From Eledone cirrhosa (Eukaryota), in the NCBI GenBank assembly GCA_964016885.1, contig OZ024740.1, positions 17,918,001 through 17,982,000 on the forward strand: a stretch of DNA of 64,000 bases, given 5' to 3'. Shown in pieces: positions 51,037-64,000 of the stretch (position 1 is the first letter of the stretch; each line of letters starts with the position of its first letter). The notes beneath the pieces are model-generated. The model was not told the DNA's origin, searched no databases, and worked only from the letters and a program-made list of their open reading frames with translations. The position numbers and the translations under genes are program-made.

Positions 51037-54000
51037 GTAGGGGTTAAACAACAACAACGAGGCTAAACAACAACAAAAATAACAACAACAAGAAGGACAT
51101 GACAGCAGTAGGGGCTAAACAATAACAACAACAATAAGAAGGACATGACCAGCAGTAGGGGCTAAACAACAACAACAAGGACATGACAGCAGTAGGGGCT
51201 AAACAATAACAACAACAGCAAGGACATGACAGCAGTAGGGGCTAAACAATAACAACAACAACAACAAGAAGGACATGACAGCAGTAGGGGCTAAACAATA
51301 ACAACAACAACAACAACAACGACATGACAGCAGTAGGGGCTAAACAATAACAACAACAACAACAAGGACATGACAGCAGTAGGGGCTAAACAACAACAAC
51401 GACATGAGAGCAGTAGGGGATAAACAATAACAACAACGACATGACAGCAGTAGGGGCTAAACAATAACAACAACAACAAGAACATGACAGCAGTAGGGGC
51501 TAAACAATAACAACAACAACAAGAAGGACATGACAGCAGTAGGGGCTAAACAATAACAAAAACAACAACAAGAAGGACATGACAGCAGTAGGGGCTAAAC
51601 AATAACAAAAACAACAAGAAGGACATGACAACAGTAGGGCTAAACAATAACAACAACAACAAGAAGGACATGACAACAGTAGGGGATAAACAATAACAAA
51701 AACAACAAGAAGGACATGACAACAGTAAGGGCTAAACAATAACAACAATAACAAGAAGGACATGACAACAGTAGGGGCTAAACAACAACAACAAGAAGGA
51801 CATGACAGCAGTAGGGGCTAAACAACAACAACAAGAAGGACATGACAGCAGTAGGGGCTAAACAACAACAACAAGAAGGACATGACAACAGTAGGGGATA
51901 AACAACAACAACAACAAAAACAATGACATGACAGCACTAGGGGATAAACAATAACAACAATAACAAGAAGGACATGACAACAGTAGGGGATAAACAATAA
52001 CAACAATAACAAGAAGGACATGACAACAGTAGGGGCTAAACAATAACAACAACAACAAGGACATGACAGCACTAGGGGCTAAACAATAACAACAACAACA
52101 AGAAGGACATGACAACAGTAGGGGATAAACAATAACAACAATAACAAGAAGGACATGACAACAGTAGGGGCTAAACAATAACAACAACAACAAGGACATG
52201 ACAGCACTAGGGGCTAAACAATAACAACAACAACAAGAAGGACATGACAACAGTAGGGGATAAACAATAACAACAATAACAAGAAGGACATGACAGCAGT
52301 AGGGGCTAAACAATAACAACAACAACAACAACAACGACATGACAGCAGTAGGGGCTAAACAATAACAACAACAACAACAAGGACATGACAGCAGTAGGGG
52401 CTAAACAATAACAACAACAACAACAAGGACATGACAGCAGTAGGGGCTAAACAATAACAACAACAACAAGGACATGACAGCAGTAGGGGCTAAACAATAA
52501 CAACAACAACAAGGACGTGACAGCAGTAGGGGCTAAACAATAACAACAACAACAACAACAAGGACATGACAGCAGTAGGGGCTAAACAATAACAACAACA
52601 ACAACAACGACATGACAGCAGTAGGGGCTAAACAATAACAACAACAACAACAACAAGGACATGACAGCAGTAGGGGCTAAACAATAACAACAACAACAAC
52701 AACGACATGACAGCAGTAGGGGCTAAACAATAACAACAACAACAAGGACGTGACAGCAGTAGGGGCTAAACAATAACAACAACAACAACAACAAGGACAT
52801 GACAGCAGTAGGGGCTAAACAATAACAACAACAACAACAACGACATGACAGCAGTAGGGGCTAAACAATAACAACAACAACAACAACGACATGACAGCAG
52901 TAGGGGCTAAACAATAACAACAACAACAACAAGGACATGACAGCAGTTGGGGCTAAACAATAACAACAACAACAACAAGGACTTGACAGCAGTAGGGGCT
53001 AAACAATAACAACAACAACAACAACGACATGACAGCAGTAGGGGCTAAACAATAACAACAACAACAACAAGGACATGACAGCAGTTGGGGCTAAACAATA
53101 ACAACAACAACAACAACGACATGACAGCAGTAGGGGCTAAACAATAACAACAACAACAACAACGACATGACAGCAGTAGGGGCTAAACAATAACAACAAC
53201 AACAACAAGGACATGACAGCAGTTGGGGCTAAACAATAACAACAACAACAACAACGACATGACAGCAGTAGGGGCTAAACAATAACAACAACAACAACAA
53301 GGACGTGACAGCAGTAGGGGCTAAACAATAACAACAACAACAACAACAAGGACTTGACAGCAGTAGGGGCTAAACAATAACAACAACAACAACAACGACA
53401 TGACAGCAGTAGGGGCTAAACAATAACAACAACAACAACAAGGACATGACAGCAGTAGGGGCTAAACAATAACAACAACAACAACAAGGACATGACAGCA
53501 GTAGGGGCTAAACAATAACAACAACAACAAGGACATGACAGCAGTAGGGGCTAAACAATAACAACAACAACAAGGACATGACAGCAGTAGGGGCTAAACA
53601 ATAACAACAACAACAACAAGGACATGACAGCAGTAGGGGCTAAACAATAACAACAACGACAACAAGGACATGACAGCAGTAGGGGCTAAACAATAACAAC
53701 AACAACAACAAGGACATGACAGCAGTAGGGGCTAAACAATAACAACAACAACAACAAGGACATGACAGCAGTAGGGGCTAAACAATAACAACAACAACAA
53801 CAAGGACATGACAGCAGTAGGGGCTAAACAATAACAACAACAACAACAAGGACATGACAGCAGTAGGGGCTAAACAATAACAACAACAACAACAAGGACA
53901 TGACAGCAGTAGGGGCTAAACAATAACAACAACAACAACAAGGACATGACAGCAGTAGGGGCTAAACAATAACAACAACAACAACAAGGACATGACAGCA

Positions 54001-57000
54001 GTAGGGGCTAAACAATAACAACAACAACAACAAGGACATGACAGCAGTAGGGGCTAAACAATAACAACAACAACAAGGACATGACAGCAGTAGGGGCTAA
54101 ACAATAACAACAACAACAAGGACATGACAGCAGTAGGGGCTAAACAATAACAACAACAACAACAAGGACATGACAGCAGTAGGGGCTAAACAATAACAAC
54201 AACGACATGACAGCAGTAGGGGCTAAACAATAACAACAACAACAAGGACATGACAGCAGTAGGGGCTAAACAATAACAACAACAACAAGGACGTGACAGC
54301 AGTAGGGGCTAAACAATAACAACAACAACAAGGACATGACAGCAGTAGGGGCTAAACAATAACAACAACAACAACAAGGACATGACATCAGTAGGGGCTA
54401 AACAATAATAACAACAACAACAACAACAACGACATGACAGCAGTAGGGGCTAAACAATAACAACAACAACAACGACATGACAGCAATAGGGGCTAAACAA
54501 TAACAACAACAACAACGACATGACAGCAGTAGGGGCTAAACAATAACAACAACAAGGACATGACAGCAGTAGGGGCTAAACAATAACAACAACAACAACA
54601 ACAACGACATGACAGCAGTAGGGGCTAAACAATAATAACAACAACAAGAAGAACATGACAGCAGTAGGGGCTAAACAATAACAACAACAACAAGAAGAAC
54701 ATGACAGCAGTAGGGGCTAAACAATAACAACAACAACAACAAGGACATGACAGCAGTAGGGACTAAACAATAACAACAACAACAACAAGGACATGACAGC
54801 AGTAGGGGCTAAACAATAACAACAACAACAAGAAGGACATGACAACAGTAGGGGATAAACAATAACAACAATAACAAGAAGAACATGACAGCAGTAGGGG
54901 ATAAACAATAACAACAACAACAAGAAGGACATGACAACAGTAGGGGCTAAACAATAACAACAACAACAAGGACATGACAGCAGTAGGGACTAAACAATAA
55001 CAACAACAACAACAAGGACATGACAGCAGTAGGGGATAAACAATAACAACAACAACAACAAGGACATGACAGCAGTAGGGACTAAACAATAACAACAACA
55101 ACAACAAGAAGGACATGACAGCAGTAGGGGCTAAACAATAACAACAACAACAAGGACATGACAGCAGTAGGGGATAAACAATAACAACAACAACAACAAG
55201 GACATGACAGCAGTAGGGACTAAACAATAACAACAACAACAACAAGGACATGACAACAGTAGGGACTAAACAATAACAACAACAACAACAAGGACATGAC
55301 AGCAGTTGGGGCTAAACAATAACAACAACAACAAGGACATGACAGCAGTAGGGGCTAAACAATAACAACAACAACAACAACAAGGACATGACAGCAGTAG
55401 GGGCTAAACAATAACAACAACAACAACAACGACATGACAGCAGTAGGGACTAAACAATAACAACAACAACAACAAGGACATGACAGCAGTAGGGGCTAAA
55501 CAATAACAACAACAACAACGACATGACAGCAGTAGGGGCTAAACAATAACAACAACAACAAGGACATGACAGCAGTAGGGGCTAAACAATAACAACAACA
55601 ACAACAACGACATGACAGCATCTAGGGACTAAACAATAACAACAACAACAACAACGACATGACAGCAGTAGGGACTAAACAATAACAACAACAAGGACGT
55701 GACAGCAGTAGGGGCTAAACAATAACAACAACAACAACAACGACATGACAGCAGTAGGGGCTAAACAATAACAACAACAACAACAAGGACATGACAGCAG
55801 TAGGGGCTAAACAATAACAACAACAACAACAACGACATGACAACAGTAGGGGCTAAACAATAACAACAACAACAACAAGGACATGACAGCAGTTGGGGCT
55901 AAACAATAACAACAACAACAACAAGGACATGACAGCAGTAGGGGCTAAACAATAACAACAACAACAACAACGACATGACAGCAGTAGGGGCTAAACAATA
56001 ACGACAACAACAAGGACATGACAGCAGTAGGGACTAAACAATAACAACAACAACAACAAGGACATGACAGCAGTAGGGGCTAAACAATAACAACAACAAC
56101 AACAACAACAAGGACATGACAACAGTAGGGGCTAAACAATAACAACAACAACAACAAGGACATGACAGCAGTAGGGGCTAAACAATAACAACAACAAGAA
56201 CATGACAGCAATAGGGGCTAAACAATAACAACAACAACAACAAGGACATGACAGCAGTAGGGGCTAAACAATAACAACAACAAGAACATGACAGCAGTAG
56301 GGGATAAACAATAACAACAACAACAACAAGAAGGACATGACAGCAGTAGGGGCTAAACAATAACAACAACAAGAAGGACATGACAGCAGTAGGGGCTAAA
56401 CAATAACAACAACAACAAGGACATGACAGCACTAGGGGCTAAACAATAACAACAACAACAAGAAGGACATGACAGCAGTAGGGGCTAAACAATAACAACA
56501 ACAACAACAAGGACATGACAGCAGTTGGGACTAAACAATAACAACAACAACAACAAGAAGGACATGACAGCAGTAGGGGCTAAACAATAACAACAACAAC
56601 AAGGACATGACAGCAGTAGGGACTAAACAATAACAACAACAACAACAAGAAGGACATGACAGCAGTAGGGGCTAAACAATAACAACAACAAGAAGGACAT
56701 GACAGCAGTAGGGGCTAAACAATAACAACAACAACAAGGACATGACAGCAGTAGGGACTAAACAATAACAACAACAACAACAAGAAGGACATGACAGCAG
56801 TAGGGGCTAAACAATAACAACAACAACAAGGACATGACAGCACTAGGGGCTAAACAATAACAACAATAACAAGAAGGACATGACAGCAGTAGGGACTAAA
56901 CAATAACAACAACAACAACGACATGACAGCAGTAGGGGCTAAACAATAACAACAACGACATGACAGCAGTAGGGGCTAAACAATAACAACAACAACAAGG

Positions 57001-58985
57001 ACATGACAGCAGTAGGGGCTAAACAATAACAACAACAACAAGGACATGACAGCAGTAGGGGCTAAACAATAACAACAACAACAACGACATGACAGCAGTA
57101 GGGGCTAAACAATAACAACAACAACAACGACAAGGACATGACAGCAGTAGGGGCTAAACAATAACAACAACAACAAGGACATGACAGCAGTAGGGGCTAA
57201 ACAATAACAACAACAACAAGGACATGACAGCAGTAGGGGCTAAACAATAACAACAACAACAAGGACATGACAGCACTAGGGGCTAAACAATAACAACAAC
57301 AACAACGACATGACAGCAGTAGGGGCTAAACAATAACAACAACAACAACGACAAGGACATGACAGCAGTAGGGGCTAAACAATAACAACAACAACAAGGA
57401 CATGACAGCAGTAGGGGCTAAACAATAACAACAACAACAAGGACATGACAGCACTAGGGGCTAAACAATAACAACAACAACAAGGACATGACAGCAGTAG
57501 GGGCTAAACAATAACAACAACAACAACGACAAGGACATGACAGCAGTAGGGGCTAAACAATAACAACAACAACAAGGACATGACAGCAGTAGGGGCTAAA
57601 CAATAACAACAACAACAACGACAAGGACATGACAGCAGTAGGGGCTAAACAATAACAACAACAACAAGGACATGACAGCAGTAGGGGCTAAACAATAACA
57701 ACAACAACAAGGACATGACAGCAGTAGGGGCTAAACAATAACAACAACAACAACGACATGACAGCAGTAGGGGCTAAACAATAACAACAACAACAACGAC
57801 AAGGACATGACAGCAGTAGGGGCTAAACAATAACAACAACAACAAGGACATGACAGCAGTAGGGGCTAAACAATAACAACAACAACAAGGACATGACAGC
57901 AGTAGGGGCTAAACAATAACAACAACAACAAGGACATGACAGCAGTAGGGGCTAAACAATAACAACAACAACATGACAGCAGTAGGGGCTAAACAATAAC
58001 AACAACAACAACGACAAGGACATGACAGCAGTAGGGGCTAAACAATAACAACAACAACAAGGACATGACAGCAGTAGGGGCTAAACAATAACAACAACAA
58101 CAAGGACATGACAGCAGTAGGGGCTAAACAATAACAACAACAACAACGACATGACAGCAGTAGGGGCTAAACAATAACAACAACAACAACGACAAGGACA
58201 TGACAGCAGTAGGGGCTAAACAATAACAACAACAACAAGGACATGACAGCAGTAGGGGCTAAACAATAACAACAACAACAAGGACATGACAGCAGTAGGG
58301 GCTAAACAATAACAACAACAACAAGGACATGACAGCAGTAGGGGCTAAACAATAACAACAACAACATGACAGCAGTAGGGGCTAAACAATAACAACAACA
58401 ACAACGACAAGGACATGACAGCAGTAGGGGCTAAACAATAACAACAACAACAAGGACATGACAGCAGTAGGGGCTAAACAATAACAACAACAACAAGGAC
58501 ATGACAGCAGTAGGGGCTAAACAATAATAACAACAACAACGACATGACAGCAGTAGGGGCTAAACAATAACAACAACAACAAGGACATGACAGCAGTAGG
58601 GGCTAAACAATAACAATAACAACAACGACATGACAGCAGTAGGGGCTAAACAATAACAACAACAACAAGGACATGACAGCAGTAGGGGCTAAACAATAAC
58701 AACAACAACAAGGACATGACAGCAGTAGGGGCTAAACAATAACAATAACAACAACGACATGACAGCAGTAGGGGCTAAACAATAACAACAACAACAAGGA
58801 CATGACAGCAGTAGGGGCTAAACAATAACAACAACAACAAGGACATGACAGCAGTAGGGGCTAAACAATAACAACAACGACATGACAGCAGTAGGGGCTA
58901 AACAATAACAACAACAACAAGGACATGACAGCAGTAGGGGCTAAACAATAACAATAACAAGAAGATGATGAAGAAGGACATGAGC
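51037..58985. repeat. Compound satellite of about 7.9 kb: constant gacatgacagcagtaggggctaaacaataa plus variable (CAA)n
   Basis: Roughly 170 units whose length mostly varies in 3-bp steps. Confidence 0.95.
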
Positions 58986-59199
58986 AGCTAGGAAGTTACA
59001 TTAATATGGATGAATGAGGCACATGTTTCTCTTCTTACCAGAGAGACTGTGTGATAATCTCAACATAGACATTACTACATTCAATGTAGGTTAAGCAGCT
59101 TTTAAGAAATCACAATGTACTGGTAGTAATCCAGCACAGTGTCAGCTATACTGATGATTATCTCAGCTATAATTAACGATTAGTCGACAACAACACCAA

Positions 59200-59397
59200 T
59201 AACAATAATAATTGTTTCTACTTTTGGCACAAGGCCAGCAATTGCTCAGTACATTACTGGTACTTTATTTTATCGACCCCGTAAGGATGAAAGGCAAAGT
59301 TAACCTCGGCAGCATTTGAACTCAGAATGGCAAGGGCCGTAACTCCATGCGTTAAAGCATGGCGTCCGACCCCCCTACCGATACTGCCAATCCACCA
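59200..59397 (-). mobile_element. Full-length Deu/Nin-like tRNA-SINE
   Basis: A box, B box, central block and (ATT)n tail. Confidence 0.87.
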
Positions 59398-59399
59398 AA

Positions 59400-61389
59400 T
59401 AATAATTGTTTCTACTTTTGGCACAAGGCCAGCAAATTATCCAGTGCATTACTGGTACTTTATTTTATCGATCACGTAAGGATGAAAGGCAAAGTCAACC
59501 TTGGCGGGATTTGAACTCAGATCGTAAAGGGACGTAACTATGCTGGAAAGCATGGTGTCCGACCCTCTACCGATACTACCAATCCACCACCCTAGCATGG
59601 TGTCCGACCCTCTACCGATACTGCCAATCCACCACCCTAGCATGGTGTCCGACCCTCTACCGATACTGCCAATCCACCACCCTAGCATGGTGTCAGACCC
59701 TCTACCGATACTGCCAATCCACCGCCCTAGCATGGTGTCAGACCCTCTACCGATACTGCCAATCCACCGCCCTAGCATGGTGTCAGACCCTCTACCGATA
59801 CTGCCAATCCACCGCCCTAGCATGGTGTCAGACCCTCTACCGATACTGCCAATCCACCGCCCTAGCATGGTGTCAGACCCTCTACCGATACTGCCAATCC
59901 ACCGCCCTAGCATGGTGTCAGACCCTCTACCGATACTGCCAATCCACCGCCCTAGCATGGTGTCAGACCCTCTACCGATACTGCCAATCCACCACCCTAG
60001 CATGGTGTCCGACCCTCTACCGATACTGCCAATCCACCGCCCTAGCATGGTGTCAGACCCTCTACCGATACTGCCAATCCACCGCCCTAGCATGGTGTCC
60101 GACCCTCTACCGATACTGCCAATCCACCGCCCTAGCATGGTGTCCGACCCTCTACCGATACTGCCAATCCACCACCCTAGCATGGTGTCCGACCCTCTAC
60201 CGATACTGCCAATCCACCACCCTAGCATGGTGTCCGACCCTCTACCGATACTGCCAATCCACCACCCTAGCATGGTGTCCGACCCTCTACCGATACTGCC
60301 AATCCACCACCCTAGCATGGTGTCCGACCCTCTACCGATACTGCCAATCCACCACCCTAGCATGGTGTCCGACCCTCTACCGATACTGCCAATCCACCGC
60401 CCTAGCATGGTGTCCGACCCTCTACCGATACTGCCAATCCACCGCCCTAGCATGGTGTCCGACCCTCTACCGATACTGCCAATCCACCACCCTAGCATGG
60501 TGTCCGACCCTCTACCGATACTGCCAATCCACCACCCTAGCATGGTGTCCGACCCTCTACCGATACTGCCAATCCACCGCCCTAACATGGTGTCCGACCC
60601 TCTACCGATACTGCCAATCCACCACCCTAGCATGGTGTCCGACCCTCTACCGATACTGCCAATCCACCACCCTAGCATGGTGTCCGACCCTCTACCGATA
60701 CTGCCAATCCACCACCCTAGCATGGTGTCCGACCCTCTACCGATACTGCCAATCCACCACCCTAGCATGGTGTCCGACCCTCTACCGATACTGCCAATCC
60801 ACCACCCTAGCATGGTGTCCGACCCTCTACCGATACTGCCAATCCACCACCCTAGCATGGTGTCCGACCCTCTACCGATACTGCCAATCCACCACCCTAG
60901 CATGGTGTCCGACCCTCTACCGATACTGCCAATCCACCGCCCTAACATGGTGTCCGACCCTCTACCGATACTGCCAATCCACCACCCTAGCATGGTGTCC
61001 GACCCTCTACCGATACTGCCAATCCACCACCCTAGCATGGTGTCCGACCCTCTACCGATACTGCCAATCCACCACCCTAGCATGGTGTCCGACCCTCTAC
61101 CGATACTGCCAATCCACCACCCTAGCATGGTGTCCGACCCTCTACCGATACTGCCAATCCACCACCCTAGCATGGTGTCCGACCCTCTACCGATACTGCC
61201 AATCCACCGCCCTAGCATGGTGTCCGACCCTCTACCGATACTGCCAATCCACCGCCCTAGCATGGTGTCCGACCCTCTACCGATACTGCCAATCCACCGC
61301 CCTAGCATGGTGTCCGACCCTCTACCGATACTGCCAATCCACCACCCTAGCATGGTGTCAGACCCTCTACCGATACTGCCAATCCACCA
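59400..61389 (-). mobile_element. Deu/Nin-like SINE whose 45-bp 5' head is tandemly amplified about 41 times
   Basis: The SINE body and B box at 59400-59550 are contiguous with the array 59550-61389. The unit gcatggtgtccgaccctctaccgatactgccaatccacc(a/g)cccta matches the head of the neighbouring SINE at 59357-59397. Confidence 0.93.
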
Positions 61390-61464
61390 ATGGTTCCTCA
61401 TTGAAACACAACAATTCTGCCAACCTATCTACCTCTCCAAAAACAATAATGATAATACCGACAT

Positions 61465-61592
61465 TACTAATAATTTCTGCTTTAGGCACAAGGCCAGCAA
61501 TTTGAGGGGTTAAATCAACTCCAGCCAGTGTATTACTGGTACTTTATTTTGTCAACCCTGTAAGAATGAAAGGCAAAGCAAACCCCGGCGGG

Positions 61593-61628
<36 letters not shown>

Positions 61629-61810
61629 TGTTTCTACGTTAGGCACAAGGCCAGCAATTACCCAGTGCATTACTGGTACTTTATTTTATCGACCCGGTAA
61701 GGATGAAAGGCAAAGTTAACCTCGGCGGGATTTGAACTCAGAATGGCAAGGGCCGTAACTCAATGCGTCAAAGCATGGCGTCCGACCCTCTACCGATACT
61801 GACAATCCAA
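61465..61810 (-). mobile_element. Partial plus full Deu/Nin-like SINE copies
   Basis: Same diagnostic blocks, with (AAT)n between the copies. Confidence 0.85.
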
Positions 61811-62189
61811 TAATAATTTCTTTATGATAATGAAAATGGTTTCTAATTTAGGCACAACAATTCATGCACCTACCCTAAATAATTTTGGGGTACGCTAGGC
61901 TTTCCTGGATTTGGAAAGTGTTGGTTCAGCAAGGAAGGTGAATCAGTCAAGGTTCCTACTAAATTTCCATAGTACCATGGGTTGGACGAAGAAGTGCGAT
62001 GGAGGAGACAAACCACAAACCCTCCATCTTAATTCTACTTCAGAAAAGCATAAGAACTGTGAAACTGGTAAAGGAAATAAATAAATATTCTTAAAAAGAT
62101 TCCAGTTGCATTTTCGATTTCTTTTCCCTATACTTTCATCCATGTAGGACATCTCGTTTTTTTATTAAAAAAAAAAAAAAAATCAATTT

Positions 62190-62258
<69 letters not shown>

Positions 62259-62300
62259 TGAAAGATTGAAGAGTAACATGGTCGGCTGTACAATAAGGGC

Positions 62301-62421
62301 TTTTATTTACAGTATTAACAATTGTTTCATTGATCAGGTGAGTCTAAAGGCCGCTAATCACTCGAAGTGTCACTCAACCTTAAATACCATGTTTACCTCT
62401 GATTAAATCACCGGAATACTG
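62301..62421 (-). ncRNA. Hammerhead ribozyme candidate with long stem II insertion (degenerate core)
   Basis: Minus strand reads cagtatt-CCGGTGA-tttaatcag...ctgatcaat-GAAA-C-AATT-G-TT-aatactg. Stem I is a perfect 7 bp, loop III is palindromic, and AATAAA follows. Confidence 0.55.
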
Positions 62422-62778
62422 GAGAATTTTACATATGGCATTGGTATATATAGAGATACAACAGAAATGATAAAGAGGTAAAGAAAAATATAATAAGTAC
62501 AGAATATGATTGCTGATAATAGTGGTGGTAGTGAGTAAGTGGATGTATTAAGATATGGTGAGGGTGGTGATAATACTAACATGAGAAGCAACATTAGATA
62601 CATACATACATACATACGTGGTGGTCAAATCTCAGAGGGTTAGAAAGTAGAAAATAAAAAAATAGTAACAAATGACAGATAAAAGATAAAAAATAATAGA
62701 TTAAAAATTAAGTGAGAAGGGAAGTGGTACGAGGATGAGACATAAGGGGTAGGGCTAAGGACGGGGAAGGATATATAT

Positions 62779-64000
62779 ATGTAACAAACTTCAAAAAACC
62801 CAACAACCACCTGATCACCTATAGATCAGGGGAGCATTCTAATCAGATAGATTTTATCCTCATCAAAGGATGTGACAGATGGACGGTCATAAACACAAAA
62901 GCCTTTCCTAGTGAGGAATGTACCTCCCAACATAGCTTAGTTGTCAGCGACCTCACGGTCAGAACTAGACGAACCTGGAAACAAGCCAACCTGGAGAAGA
63001 AAGATCTGGAAGCTGAAAGACCCCTTAGCCAGTAACAGATTTAAAGATATTTTACTCAACGCCTACGACAGTAAAGAAGAACAGATACAGACATTCAATG
63101 TAGAAGAGCACTGGAAGTTCCTAAAAAATAACTTACTAGAGGCGACGGATGAGATCTGTGACTGGAGTAAGACCACAGGCAGGAGGAGAGTGACTTGGTG
63201 GTGGAACAATAAGGTAGATGAGATAGTTAAGGTCAAGAGACAGGCATGGAAGAATGGGGGAAGCAGGGTACATTACATAGAGACCAGAAGGGAAGCTAGG
63301 CGACAAGTATACTTAGCTAGGAGGGAAGCAGAGGATAGAAAATTCAAGCATGTTTTGCAACGTGAGGACCAGAAACAGGAGGTGTTCAAGATTGCGAGGC
63401 AGTGTGTCAGAGAGAATTGTGATGTCATTGGGGAGAAGTGTATCCAGAATGATAACGGTGAGCTTGCCCTCACAAGTGCTGAGAAGAAAGATGCGTGGAA
63501 GAGCCATTATGATAGATTACTAAATGAGGAGAATGCATGGGAAGAAGAGACCCTACTCCAAGTAGACCCTATAGAGGGGCCGGCAGTACAAGTAAGCAGC
63601 AACGTAGTAAGTAAGGCAATCAAATATATGAAGATGGGGGAAGGCAACCGGTCCATCGGGTATAGCTGCCGAGATGCTGAAGGCATCTGGGTCGGTAGAT
63701 CACACTATAACCACACGTATTGTTAACCAGGTAATACTAGAAGGTATCATACCAAAGGATTGGTGCAGTAGAATCATTGTCAACTGCTACAAAGGTAAAT
63801 GTGATAGAGGAAACTATAGAGGTATAAAGCTGATGGACCAGGTCATGAAAGTAACAGAAAGAGTTATAGCATAGTTGATTAGGGACCAGGTGAAACTAGA
63901 TGAGATACAATTTGGGTTTGTGCCAGGAAGAGGCCCCACTGATGCCCTCTTCCTTGTGAGGCAGTTGCAGGAAAAGTAGTTCGCTAAAAGTCTACCTGGC
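62779..64000 (+). mobile_element. RTE LINE internal fragment (end of EN to start of RT), frameshifted, running off the window
   Basis: HLITYRSG, TWWWN, NYRGIKL, QFGF. Paralogous to 4860-6090. Confidence 0.92.

Noticed and set aside
51037-58985. CRISPR-like constant repeat with variable spacers
   Set aside because: The spacers are only (CAA)n length variants, not unique sequences. There are no cas genes and the context is eukaryotic.
59449-61513. 650-aa and 657-aa ORFs on opposite strands
   Set aside because: Both are translations of a 45-bp SINE-derived unit that is a multiple of 3 and lacks stops in those frames. There is no evidence of coding function.

Overview
Eukaryotic, AT-rich, repeat-dense DNA, most likely the intronic region of an invertebrate gene. 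The mix of CORE-type and Deu/Nin-like tRNA-SINEs, RTE LINEs and long (TA)n/(CA)n tracts suggests a cephalopod or other mollusc, which is an inference. Only one host coding segment is well supported: a 2154-bp symmetric minus-strand exon (7433-9586) encoding a Ser/Pro/Gln-rich disordered region. The rest is a TIR-bounded DD35D pogo (Tc2/Passer-like) transposon, many RTE LINE pieces, a Tx1/L1-clade LINE, two SINE families, piggyBac-type and hAT-type MITEs, and roughly a third tandem repeat. Four observations stand out. (1) At least five different minisatellites have each grown in place from an internal segment of a single TE copy, including about 41 tandem copies of a SINE Pol III A-box head upstream of one B box. 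(2) An in-frame Tx1-RTE chimeric ORF carries two reverse transcriptase domains and looks like a template-switch product. (3) Six dispersed Penelope-type minimal hammerhead ribozyme candidates share non-canonical features. (4) There are several long fold-back palindromes. No CRISPR array, rRNA or true tRNA gene is supported. All coordinates were read by eye and may be off by a few bases.
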